A stretch of DNA of 64,000 bases from Eledone cirrhosa (Eukaryota), in the NCBI GenBank assembly GCA_964016885.1, contig OZ024744.1, positions 126,046,001 through 126,110,000 on the forward strand. Direction: 5' to 3'. Every line of letters starts with the position of its first letter. Position 1 is the stretch's first letter. The position numbers and the translations under genes were made by a program. Under the pieces are notes generated by a model. That model was not told the DNA's origin, made no database searches, and saw only the letters and a list, made by a program, of their open reading frames with translations. Shown piece by piece: positions 36,790-48,900 of the stretch.

Positions 36790-37340
36790 TTATTATAATC
36801 AAAATATGCTGTTAGTTAGATCTGCATTGTGTACATTTTATATAATTTATGCCAGTTCCTTTTCTACATATCGAACATGGCCATTTCCCTGACGGAATAG
36901 AGTTTTGTCCTCTTTTCTACTCATCAACACTCATTCGTGACACAAAGTACAGCCAGCGGCATCATTGCGGACAGACTTAATCCTGATTTGCACTGACACA
37001 CTGCCTCGCAATACGGAACACCGCACGTCTTTGATCTTCTTCCCGTCGATCAGCCTCCTTGCCATGCAAAGTACACCTGACGTCTAGCTTCTCTCTTAGC
37101 GGCGGCGGCTGTATATTCTTCTCTACTCCCACTAATTTTCCAAGCATTCCATGCTAGTCTTTAGTCTCCAATGGCCCGATCTACAGTTTCTGTCTCAACT
37201 CGTCTATGCTTGGTCGTTCCCGCACATTGACATTGCACATCCAACGGAGCATGCTTGCTTCATTTCTCTCCAGCCGTCGCATGTCCTCTGCAGTTGCTGC
37301 CCGTGTCTCACTACCATGCAGCATCGCGCATCTAAACCTG
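36790..37340 (-). mobile_element. RTE LINE fragments (duplicate of ~34,880-35,250 plus C-terminal piece)
   Basis: Matches 34,880-35,250. Also RCAMLHGSET..EDMRRLERNEASMLRWMCNV. Confidence 0.75.
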
Positions 37341-38212
37341 GCCCTTACCCTAACCCCAACCTCTTTGGTTTTCGTTTTCTCGACGGCTAGCCGCATTTCG
37401 TGATCCGCCTTTCGATTGCGCTTCCGTCGCGGCAAAAGAATTGCCTTTCCAGACCGCCGTCGCCCGACCGGACCCATGATAGAAGACGTTCGTTACCGTT
37501 GGAGCAACGCAAATTACTCCTCGGTTGACGCCAAAAACGAACGCCTTCCCGCCTCGCGCCGCCTTCTCCTCGCCGACCCTCAGCCTCGACGATTAGCCAC
37601 TTTCCGTCACAGCAGTAGATACGCGTCCGTCGTAATAGCCGTCATTTTAACGCAGGAGAAACGCCTAATTGCCCTGCACCGCGTTTGACGGCGATCTACG
37701 ACGGCGACGATGCGCGCACTCTTCCTTGCTGCGACGAAGGTTTCGGCTTTTCGTCGTGGACCCGGTCAGGTCATGCCGCTGACCTCGCGTTACGGCGACG
37801 CGAGAAGACGTTCGTTACCGCTGGAGCAACGCAAATTACTCCTCGGTTGACGCCAAAAACGAACGCCTCGCGCCGCCGCTTCCTCCTCGGCCTCGACGAT
37901 TAGCCGCTTTCCGTCACAGCAGTAGATACGCGTCCATCGTAATAGCCGTCATTTTAACGCAGGAGAAACGCCTTGACGACGATATACGACGGGTCGACGA
38001 CGCGCGCACTCTTTCTGCTGCGACGAAGGTTTTGGCTTTTCGTTGTGGACCCGGTCGGGTCATGCCTCTGACCTCGCGTTGCGTCGCCACCGCCGCGGCG
38101 GGCTTGGGTTTAGCCGTAGCTACCCTCGTTTTGCCAACGGCGACGCGAGAAGACGTTCGTTACCGCTGGAGCAACGCAAATTACTCCTCGGATGAGGCCA
38201 AAAACGAACGCT
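37341..38212 (+). repeat. Diverged orphan copies of the 172-bp repeat/ETS-like leader
   Basis: GAAGACGTTCGTTACCGCTGGAGCAACGCAAATTACTCCTCGG occurs three times with homologs of 560-740, and no 18S follows. Confidence 0.88.
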
Positions 38213-38290
38213 GAAGAGATATTGTCCATGGATATCGGGAATTTTACCCGCCCTAGATAGATAGATAGATAGGGATGTATGTATGTATGT

Positions 38291-38330
<40 letters not shown>

Positions 38331-38709
38331 GTATGTATCTTTCTCATTCTCTCTGTATGTATGTATGTATGTATATATATATAATTATATATTTATAGAC
38401 ATCCTGAAAGCTTTTTAAATGTCTGAGAGATTGGCTAAATATGTTTTGCAGGTATGACCAGTAAGAGAGAGGTAAGTTATTTCAAAACAATTCTTTGACC
38501 ATTATTTTAAGGTACTATCTCAGTGTATTTTTAAATTGACCTCTTGATAGGATGAAATGACCTGTATAATTTTTTTCATATTTAGATGGAATAGAAGAAA
38601 AACAAGAAAAATGAAATGAATTCAAACAGAAAATATACACCAATGCCAATGGAGGTATGATTTCAGTTTAATCTTAACCTAATGACCACTTTACAGAGTG
38701 TACTGGATA

Positions 38710-38792
<83 letters not shown>

Positions 38793-39239
38793 AGGAAGCT
38801 CCAACCGTTAAGGTTGTCTTTCCATTTATTAATATATTGTGTATTTACTCCACTAAACTGTTGAGTGCTTTATATCAGTTATAAAAAAATTTCAGCTTGT
38901 TGAATCCCAAAATAGTTGTTGAAACAGCCACAGCTCAGCCGTCGGGGTCCTGAATATTTATCATATATATATACGTATGAGTGTGTGTGTTTTGAGAATT
39001 AATAATTATATAAACAAGTTTGTAATGAACAATTTATTTCTTATCAAAACTGTATAAACATGATATTATTTACAGTAAGAATAACAATAATAATGATGGT
39101 TTCTAGTAAAGGTGGAAGGCCAGTAATTTGGGGGAGGGGAAAGTTGATTAAATCGAAGAGAGAAAGAAAGAAAAAACAGAACGGGAAGGAGAGGGGATGG
39201 CAAGAGGTCCGGTGTCGCAGGAGAGAGGGGAGGGTGGTT

Positions 39240-39735
39240 GAGCTTTGAGTCTAGGGCAAGAGGGCAGAAATGCTGCGCCCCACGGATAAGACGGCAAAAA
39301 TATTCTCGCGGACGATGGCCAGAGATACCCAATGCAACAACCACCCAACCTCGCGGTGTTCCCTCCTCAGATGGGCTGCTGACTCTCCGATCTTTTGGAG
39401 GAGCTCGGCAGTACAAGGTCCAAGTACTCCTGGGGTCTCGACGTTGACTGGTGCAGAGAGGAAGTGGCCGGACAATCCTCGGTATTTGTTTATTTTACGT
39501 TCTTCTGCGAGGTGGGCTGCGATGCCGGGGTTTGTGACCGAAACGACTTGGAAACGAAGTTGTAGGCGGAGATTGTGTCGTAGCTGGTGGTGTCCCAGAT
39601 GAGGGACCTACGTCCTTCGAATGGGAAGAGAGTGATTCCGTCGGGGCGCTTGCCATCTCCGGGACCTGTTGGCCCCAGTTGTGATGGGAAGCCAGCTGCG
39701 TCCAGGCTTCTTCTCAATATGTCGTTGACAACGAC
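39240..39735 (-). mobile_element. CRE-like (RLE) non-LTR retrotransposon 3' fragment
   Basis: RRSLDAAGFPSQL...GDGKRPDGITLFPFEGRRSLIWDTT and SLAIVRENIFAVL, frameshifted. Confidence 0.75.
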
Positions 39736-40283
39736 GTGTATCTATTCAATAATTATTTGAATATTGAAATTTTAGGTTTAACTACCTTTTAAACCAAATA
39801 CATTAAGAAAGGCATGACCAACACCACATCATTTTTATTTCTATTTTGAAAGTAGGTTTATAAGTATTAAATTTCAGTAGATTCTTATATCCTTCATGGT
39901 GGTCTGGTGGGAGATACGAGAGATGGTGGAGGTTCTGGTCTGGGGTTCAATCCTGCTCAGGAGATACTCTAAGGGGGTTCATACTAAACTTCTTCAGTGT
40001 TTCTTATCTCTAGAGACAAATATATATACATAAGGTAATCTGGTAAAGTTGTTAGAACATCACATAGAATTCTTTGTAGTATTTTTTCCAGTTCTTCAAT
40101 CTGAGTTCAACTTTACTTTTCTTCCATTCGGGGTTGATAATAACGTACCAGTCAAATACTAGGGGTTAATTCTTCCTCTATATCTCTTTCTCACTCTCTG
40201 TCTGTTTTATTAAGACCTGGAGAGGTGATGTACTCTACCAGGTTTTATAATGAGTGATGGGGTCATACCTGCCTGCTACACCT

Positions 40284-40606
40284 CTGTGTACTAAGTGTAG
40301 CATATTATATCCTTGTTCAGGGCCTTCCTGACATTACTGTGTACTAAGGGTAGCATTTTATATCCTTGTTCAGGGCCATCTTAACATTGCTGTGTACTAA
40401 GTGTAGCATATTATATCCTTGTTCGGGGCCTTCCTGACATTAGTGTGTACTGAGTGTAGATTTTAACATCCTTGTTCTGGGCCTTCCTAACATTACTGTG
40501 TACTGAGTGTAGATTTTAACATCTTTGTTCAGAGCCTTCCTTACATTACTGTGTACTAAGTGTAGCATTTCATATACTTGTTCTGGGCCTTCCTAACGTT
40601 ACTGTG
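40284..40606. repeat. 53-bp minisatellite (~6 copies)
   Basis: CTGTGTACTAAG at 40,284, 40,337, 40,390 and onward. Confidence 0.88.
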
Positions 40607-40619
40607 GAAATAGTAGTTT

Positions 40620-41385
40620 ATATCCAATATGTAATATAGATATGGATTCTACAGGACTAAAACTCATTAATATGAGGGGTATTAGTAGATTATATGCCAT
40701 ATTTAATAGAGAAATGGCTTCTACAAGACTAAAACTCATTAATATGAGGGGTATTACAGTTTATATGCCATATTTAATACAGAAATGGCTTCTAAAGGAC
40801 TAGAACTCTTTAAATTGAATAAAATAGTAGTATATATCCTATGTTTAATACAGAAATGCCTTCTAAAGGACTCATTAATATGAGGGTATTAGTAGATTAT
40901 ATAACATATTTAATACAGAAATGGCTTTTAAATTCAGGGACTCGTTAATTTGATGGAAATAGTAGTGTCTATGCAATATTTAATACAGAAATAGCTTCTA
41001 CAGGACTAAAACTAATTAATATGAGGGGTATTAGTAGTATATGTGCCATATTTAATACAGAGATGGCTTCTAAATGGAGGTATCTCATTAATTCGATTGA
41101 AATGGTAGTGTATATGCAATATTTAATACAGAAATAGCTTCTACAAGAATAAAACTCATTAATATGAAGGTTATTATTACATTATATGCCATATTTAATA
41201 CAGAAATCGGTTCTAAAGGACTAGAACTCTTTAATTCAAATCAAATAGTAGTATAAAGCAATATTTACTACAGAAATGGCTTCTACAAGACTAAAAATCC
41301 TTAATATGAGGGGTATTGTTAGATTATATACCATATTTAATACAGAAATGGCTTCTAAATGAAGAAATCTCTTTAATTCGATAGT
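40620..41385. repeat. ~71-bp degenerate minisatellite (~11 copies)
   Basis: ATTTAATACAGAAATGGCTTCTA recurs about every 71 bp. Confidence 0.85.
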
Positions 41386-42038
41386 AATAGTAATAATAAT
41401 AATAGTAATAGTAATAATACAGCCAATTTTCCACGCAATACTTTTAGTTAGCACCCCGAACGCATAATTGGGAATATAATCACTTATTTCCTAATGTTTG
41501 TTGAGTGAGTTGGGAAAAAAAACTTGGGAAATATATTTTCAGGGTCTCAAAATCTTAAAGAGAAAAAAAAGTCCTGTGGAAGGTAGCAAAACAATTAGGA
41601 AGAAAATGGTTTGAAGTTGGTTGGTGAGTATAAGATTACAGTATCTTGTTGATTTCTATAAAGTTTACTTTTAACTGAATTGGTAAAAATGGATAAATTA
41701 GAAGACACAATATAATAACTAATATTGTCTTCTAAAACAGGGAATAAAAATATGTTGGTGTATTGGGGGGGGGGGGGGGTAAACATGTGAGTTAATGGGA
41801 ATGTTTTTGTTTGTTTTTATTGAAACATATTCAATCTACAGATAGGTTGTTATAGTTATTTAGTCTCGGGTCTGCCATTATCTGCAGATTTATAATTGAG
41901 GGGTGTTCCAGGTGTGACCACCCTACATTATTCCTAGAGATTGTTACTCCTTCATTCTTCAGTCATCTTGGTCTTCTTATGAGATGGTGGTGTAGTCTTA
42001 TTTATTGTTAAGGTTATGGTCTTCCTTTGTCCACACTC

Positions 42039-42076
<38 letters not shown>

Positions 42077-42329
42077 AAAGGCTTCCTTCTCTGGAAAAAG
42101 ATGATTTAATATTCACAACCATCTGTCTAATTGTTTTCTGATGAGAATAAAGTTAATCTTGCTTGTATGTCTACCTGATCAAATGACTGGCTGATATCTT
42201 GAAGTCATTTACACCACAGAACTGTAGGAGTCTTGATCCCTCAAGCCATACCTCTAGCCATCATGTACTCCAAAAGAGTCTCACCTTGGTGCTACTCAAC
42301 ATGTCCATTAAATTTAGCAGCAAGGATGC

Positions 42330-43110
42330 CCTCTTCTTAGTGAGAGACAACTACAAGAGAGGTTCTTAGAGAAGAATAAGCCACTATAGTTAACTTTTGT
42401 TGACATAGAGAACCCCGATCTGTCATCTGGTGGTCCTTAAGGAAACTAGGTGTAGGGGAATGGCTTGTGAGGACAGTGCAAGCTATGTACAAGGGTGCTG
42501 TCAGTAAAGTGAGAGGAGGAATTCCAGAAACAAAGTAGGTGTACATCAGGGTTCGGTCCTCAGTCCGCTCTTGTTCATTATAGTCCTCCCTCCCTCCCTC
42601 CCTCCCTCCCTCCCTCCAAGCCATAACAGAGGAGGAGTAGTTTAAGACTGGATGCCCATGGGAACTTCTCTATGCTGACGATCTGGTTCTTATAGCAGAA
42701 TCAGTAGAGGAGCTAGCTAGAGAATAAATTCTGGCTATGGAAACAGCAGTAGTTGGAATCAAGAAGACTGAGAGTGAACCTAGCTAAGACAAAAGTGTTT
42801 ATAAGTAGAAGAGAGGACAAAACTCTGATTCTGTCAGGGAAATGGCCATGTTCGATATGTAGGAAAGGAGTTGGCATAAATTCTATGAAATGTAGTACGC
42901 AATGCAGATCTTGGCTACACAAGAGATGTAGTGGGATAGCAGGAAAACTGACTGACAGGTAGGGAGAAATACGTATGCAGTAGATGTACAGGGAAATTTG
43001 ACAGAGATTGCAGTGATAGACACATTTTTCAAATGCAGGTGGGATCTATAGAGGGAGTTGATAGCTTCTGATACCTAGGTGATCAGATTAGTAAGGGAGG
43101 AGGGTGATAT
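42330..43110 (+). mobile_element. RTE-clade LINE reverse-transcriptase fragment with Cys-rich insert
   Basis: VGVHQGSVLSPLLF, CPWELLYADDLVLIAES, LRVNLAKTK and GKWPCSICRKGVGINSMKC, with stops and frameshifts. Confidence 0.88.
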
Positions 43111-43635
43111 AAAATATATTGTTATCATGACTGTCTTTATTATTTAAATTACCTCTGTCTATTTACAGATTTTACAGAGTGTACTGGGTGCTTTTATGAT
43201 GGGAGCAGCAACTCTATACGATTTTACAGAGTGTACTTGGTGCTTTTATCATGGCACATGGCAGCAGCAGCAGCAGCAACTACGATTTTACAGAGTGTAC
43301 TTGGTGCTTTTTACTCTGACATCAGCACTGAGGAAGTTGTCATATTTTCAGCTAAATTAATGAGTAGAAAAACCAAGTTTCTGCTACAAAAAATTCTCAG
43401 ATTCAAGGGAGACATTCAGTTTAAGTATGGTATACTGTCACTAAGGCAGCAAATTGGCAGAGTCGCTAGAATATCAGATAGCATTCTTTACATTATTTGT
43501 TTCAGCTCTCTGTTCTCTCAATTCAAATCCTGCTCAGGTCAACTTTGCCTTTCATCCATACAAAATAGATTAATAAAAGTACCAGTGTATTACTGGGGTC
43601 AATTCTTCTTCTAACTCTTCTGCACTTCCATTCTC

Positions 43636-43672
<37 letters not shown>

Positions 43673-43899
43673 GCTTCTTTAGAACACATCTGCTGTATTC
43701 AGACCTGGAGCGGAGATGGGCTCCACCAAGTTTTAAAAATTGCCCTTTAAGCGCTGTATGTCAATATGGTGCCCCTATGATTCCCTCCCTCAGGAGTTAT
43801 GGGACCATAGATACTGTCAATTGTAAAGAATAACAGAGATATTCAGTGCTAGTGTGGTGTTCTGTCAGTTGTGGAGATTGATGAATCTAAACAGAAATA

Positions 43900-44100
43900 T
43901 CAACAGCACTTTTCATTTCTGAGTAACACATTTGTTACCAAGTGCTGCATGGCTGGAATGAAAATCAGTGCTGTGAAAACCAAGACATTCATCCTCTCAA
44001 GGAAGCTTGTGCAGTGCACTCTACATGTAAATGGAGTCCCACTGAAGCAGGTAGAAAAGTTCATGTATCTCGAAGCTGTGTTCACGAGTGATGACAGAGA
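43900..44100 (+). mobile_element. Second RTE-type RT C-terminal fragment
   Basis: GMKISAVKTK..LHVNGVPLKQVEKFMYL..VFTSD. Confidence 0.7.
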
Positions 44101-44231
44101 CGGCAAAGGCACAACACACAACAGAAGAAAAGAACAATGACAATTATTATTATTATTATTATTATTATTTGTTTTATTAGTTTTATTATAATAAAAATTG
44201 TGCTGTTAGTTTGCTTGCTATACCATCATGT

Positions 44232-44325
44232 ACCCTAACCCTAAACCTAACCCCAACTCCAACTCTGACCCTAAACCTAACCCCAACCCCAACCCCAACC
44301 CTAACCCTAACCCTAACCCTAACCC
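44232..44325. repeat. Interstitial telomere-like (CCCTAA/CCCCAA)n tract
   Basis: About 15 hexamers, the last four being perfect CCCTAA, fused to the first 172-bp-family unit. Confidence 0.85.
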
Positions 44326-45425
44326 ACGATAGAAGACGTTCGTTACCGCTGGAGCAACGCAAATTACTCCTCGGTTGACGCCAAAAACGAACGCCTTCTC
44401 GACGGCTAGCCGCATTTCGTGATCCGCCTTTCGATTGCGCTTCCGTCGCGGAAAAAGAATTGCCTTTATAGGCCGCCGCCGCCCGACCGGACCCACGATA
44501 GAAGACGTTCGTTACCGCTGGAGCAACGCAAATTACTCCTCGGTTGACGCCAAAAACGAACGCCTTCTCGACGGCTAGCCGCATTTCGTGATCCGCCTTT
44601 CGATTGCGCTTCCGTCGCGGAAAAAGAATTGCCTTTATAGGCCGCCGCCGCCCGACCGGACCCACGATAGAAGACGTTCGTTACCGCTGGAGCAACGCAA
44701 ATTACTCCTCGGTTGACGCCAAAAACGAACGCCTTCTCGACGGCTAGCCGCATTTCGTGATCCGCCTTTCGATTGCGCTTCCGTCGCGGAAAAAGAATTG
44801 CCTTTATAGGCCGCCGCCGCCGCCCGACCGGACCCACGATAGAAGACGTTCGTTACCGCTGGAGCAACGCAAATTACTCCTCGGTTGACGCCAAAAACGA
44901 ACGCCTTCTCGACGGCTAGCCGCATTTCGTGATCCGCCTTTCGATTGCGCTTCCGTCGCGGAAAAAGAATTGCCTTTATAGGCCGCCGCCGCCGCCCGAC
45001 CGGACCCACGATAGAAGACGTTCGTTACCGCTGGAGCAACGCAAATTACTCCTCGGTTGACGCCAAAAACGAACGCCTTCTCGACGGCTAGCCGCATTTC
45101 GTGATCCGCCTTTCGATTGCGCTTCCGTCGCGGAAAAAGAATTGCCTTTATAGGCCGCCGCCGCCGCCCGACCGGACCCACGATAGAAGACGTTCGTTAC
45201 CGCTGGAGCAACGCAAATTACTCCTCGGTTGACGCCAAAAACGAACGCCTTCTCGACGGCTAGCCGCATTTCGTGATCCGCCTTTCGATTGCGCTTCCGT
45301 CGCGGAAAAAGAATTGCCTTTATAGGCCGCCGCCGCCGCCCGACCGGACCCACGATAGAAGACGTTCGTTACCGCTGGAGCAACGCAAATTACTCCTCGG
45401 TTGACGCCAAAAACGAACGCCTTCC
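44323..45425 (+). repeat. 169/172-bp tandem repeat, copy 2 (6 full units and 1 partial)
   Basis: Units start at ~44,323, 44,492, 44,661, 44,833, 45,005, 45,177 and 45,349. Lengths differ by one GCC. Confidence 0.92.
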
Positions 45426-45781
45426 GGTTCGGGCGACGTAAAAGTCTGTAGCCTTTTCGCCGATCCTCGACGATTATCCGCCTTCCGAACAACCGCCTTT
45501 CCGCCGTCACAGCAGTAGGTACTCGTCCGTCGTAATAGCCGTCATTTTAATGCAGGAGAAACGCCTAAATGCACTGCGATTGACGACGATCTACGACGCG
45601 CTTACTCTTCCTTGCTGCGACGAAGGTTTCGTTCGGCTTTTCGTCGTGGACCCGGTCAGGTCATGCCGCTGATCTCGCGTTGCGTCGTTACCGCTGGAGC
45701 AACGCAAATTACTCCTCGTTTAACGCCAACATCGAACGCGCTTCGGTTCTCGGTCGTCGTTGTTTTGTTTCGTGCGGAAGA

Positions 45782-45967
45782 TACCTGGGTGATCCTGCCA
45801 GTAGTCATATGCTTGTCTCAAAGCTTAAGCCATGCAAGTGGAAGTTCATGCCGTAAACGAAAATGGTGAAACCGCGAATGGCTCAGGAACCGGATCTAAT
45901 CCTCGGGACCGTATTCCTCACCGCGAGGAGAGGATAACTGTGGCAATTCTAGAGCTAATACATGCAA
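45782..45967 (+). pseudogene. 18S rRNA 5' fragment, copy 2
   Basis: Same as 842-1027. Confidence 0.95.
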
Positions 45968-48900
45968 TTGAGATCGGAGAGGGAGCGATCCGTCTGCTTG
46001 ATTCCGATAACGAACGAGACATTCGTATCCGAAAGAACGTTTGTCTGGAAACTGGTGCAGTCAGTGAGTCGAAAAAAAAATATCTCGGTGGTAGTAGCAA
46101 ATATTCGAACGAGACATTCGTATGCGAAAGAACGTTTGTCTGGAAGTGGCGATCCATGCCCGGTGGATAGTTGGTTCCGGGTTTTACTATGATTGTTGCA
46201 AAACAGAAACTTAAAGGGATTGACAGAATTTGCGATTCCGGAGAGGGGGCGATCCGTCTGCTTGATTCCGATAACGAACGAGACATTCGTATCCGAAAGA
46301 ACGTTTGTCTGGAAACTGGTGAGTCAGTGAGTCGAAAAAAAAAATATCTCGGTGGTAGTAGCAAATATTCGAACGAGACATTCGTATGCGAAAGAACGTT
46401 TGTCGGTGGTAGTAGCAAATATTCGAACGAGACATTCGTATGCGAAAGAACGTTTGTCTGGAAGTGGCGATCCATGCCCGGTGGATAGTTGGTTCCGGGT
46501 TTTACTATGATTGTTGCAAAACAGAAACTTAAAGGGATTGACAGAATTTGCGATTCCGGAGAGAGGGCGATCCGTCTGCTTGATTCCGATAACGAACGAG
46601 ACATTCGTATCCGAAAGAACGTTTGTCTGGAAACTGGTGAGTCAGTGAGTCGAAAAAAAAATATCTCGGTGGTAGTAGCAAATATTCGTATGCGAAAGAA
46701 AAGATCTCGGTGGTAGTAGCAAATATTCGAACGAGACATTCGTAGGCGAAAGAAAAATATCTCGGTGGTAGTAGCAAATATTCGAACGAGACATTCGTAT
46801 GCGAAAGAACGTTTGTCGGTGGTAGTAGCAAATATTCGAACGAGACATTCGTATGCGAAAGAACGTTTGTCGGTGGTAGTAGCAAATATTCGAACGAGAC
46901 ATTCGTATGCGAAAGAACGTTTGTCTGGAAGTGGCGATCCATGCTCGGTGGATAGTTGGTTCCGGGTTTTACTATGATTGTTGCAAAACAGAAACTTAAA
47001 GGGATTGACAGAATTTGCGATTCCGGAGAGGGGGCGATCCGTCTGCTTGATTCCGATAACGAACGAGACATTCGTATCCGAAAGAACGTTTGTCTGGAAA
47101 CTGGTGAGTCAGTGAGTCGAAAAAAAAATATCTCGGTGGTAGTAGCAAATATTCGAACGAGACATTCGTATGCGAAAGAACGTTTGTCGGTGGTAGTAGC
47201 AAATATTCGAACGAGACATTCGTATGCGAAAGAACGTTTGTCTGGAAGTGGCGATCCATGCCCGGTGGATAGTTGGTTCCGGGTTTTACTATGATTGTTG
47301 CAAAACAGAAACTTAAAGGGATTGACAGAATTTGCGATTCCGGAGAGGGGGCGATCCGTCTGCTTGATTCCGATAACGAACGAGACATTCGTATCCGAAA
47401 GAACGTTTGTCTGGAAACTGGTGAGTCAGTGAGTCGAAAAAAAAATATCTCGGTGGTAGTAGCAAATATTCGAACGAGACATTTGTATGCGAAAGAACGT
47501 TTGTCGGTGGTAGTAGCAAATATTCGAACGAGACATTCGTATGCGAAAGAACGTTTGTCTGGAAGTGGCGATCCATGCCCGGTGGATAGTTGGTTCCGGG
47601 TTTTACTATGATTGTTGCAAAACAAAAACTTAAAGGGATTGACAGAATTTGCGATTCCGGAGAGAGGGCGATCCGTCTGCTTGATTCCGATAACGAACGA
47701 GACATTCGTATCCGAAAGAACGTTTGTCTGGAAACTGGTGAGTCAGTGAGTCGAAAAAAAAAATATCTCGGTGGTAGTAGCAAATATTCGAACGAGACAT
47801 TCGTATGCGAAAGAACGTTTGTCGGTGGTAGTAGCAAATATTCGAACGAGACATTCGTATGCGAAAGAACGTTTGTCTGGAAGTGGCGATCCATGCTCGG
47901 TGGATAGTTGGTTCCGGGTTTTACTATGATTGTTGCAAAACAGAAACTTAAAGGGATTGACAGAATTTGCGATTCCGGAGAGGGGGCGATCCGTCTGCTT
48001 GATTCCGATAACGAACGAGACATTCGTATCCGAAAGAACGTTTGTCTGGAAACTGGTGAGTCAGTGAGTCGAAAAAAAAATATCTCGGTGGTAGTAGCAA
48101 ATATTCGAACGAGACATTCGTATGCGAAAGAACGTTTGTCGGTGGTAGTAGCAAATATTCGAACGAGACATTCGTATGCGAAAGAACGTTTGTCTGGAAG
48201 TGGCGATCCATGCCCGGTGGATAGTTGGTTCCGGGTTTTACTATGATTGTTGCAAAACAGAAACTTAAAGGGATTGACAGAATTTGCGATTCCGGAGAGG
48301 GGGCGATCCGTCTGCTTGATTCCGATAACGAACGAGACATTCGTATCCGAAAGAACGTTTGTCTGGAAACTGGTGAGTCGAAAAAAAAATATCTCGGTGG
48401 TAGTAGCAAATATTCGTATGCGAAAGAAAAGATCTCGGTGGTAGTAGCAAATATTCGAACGAGACATTCGTAGGCGAAAGAAAAATATCTCGGTGGTAGT
48501 AGCAAATATTCGAACGAGACATTCGTATGCGAAAGAACGTTTGTCGGTGGTAGTAGCAAATATTCGAACGAGACATTCGTATGCGAAAGAACGTTTGTCG
48601 GTGGTAGTAGCAAATATTCGAACGAGACATTCGTATGCGAAAGAACGTTTGTCTGGAAGTGGCGATCCATGCCCGGTGGATAGTTGGTTCCGGGTTTTAC
48701 TATGATTGTTGCAAAACAGAAACTTAAAGGGATTGACAGAATTTGCCATTCCGGAGAGGGGGCGATCCGTCTGCTTGATTCCGATAACGAACGAGACATT
48801 CGTATCCGAAAGAACGTTTGTCTGGAAACTGGTGAGTCAGTGAGTCGAAAAAAAAATATCTCGGTGGTAGTAGCAAATATTCGAACGAGACATTCGTATT

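Larger units (their letters stand above)
1..44940. repeat. One period of a 44,940-bp tandem macro-repeat (phase arbitrary)
   Basis: Sequence at 1 equals sequence at 44,941. ORF-track entries from 36 to ~17,400 recur at exactly +44,940. Confidence 0.95.

Noticed and set aside
36491-39735. R2-type rDNA-specific insertion explaining the cassette
   Set aside because: The RLE fragments lie far from rRNA sequence, in (ATT)n or unique DNA, and I saw no 28S R2 target (TTAAGGTAGC) in the cassette.
23180-44100. An intact autonomous LINE
   Set aside because: All pieces are short, on mixed strands, and carry stops and frameshifts.
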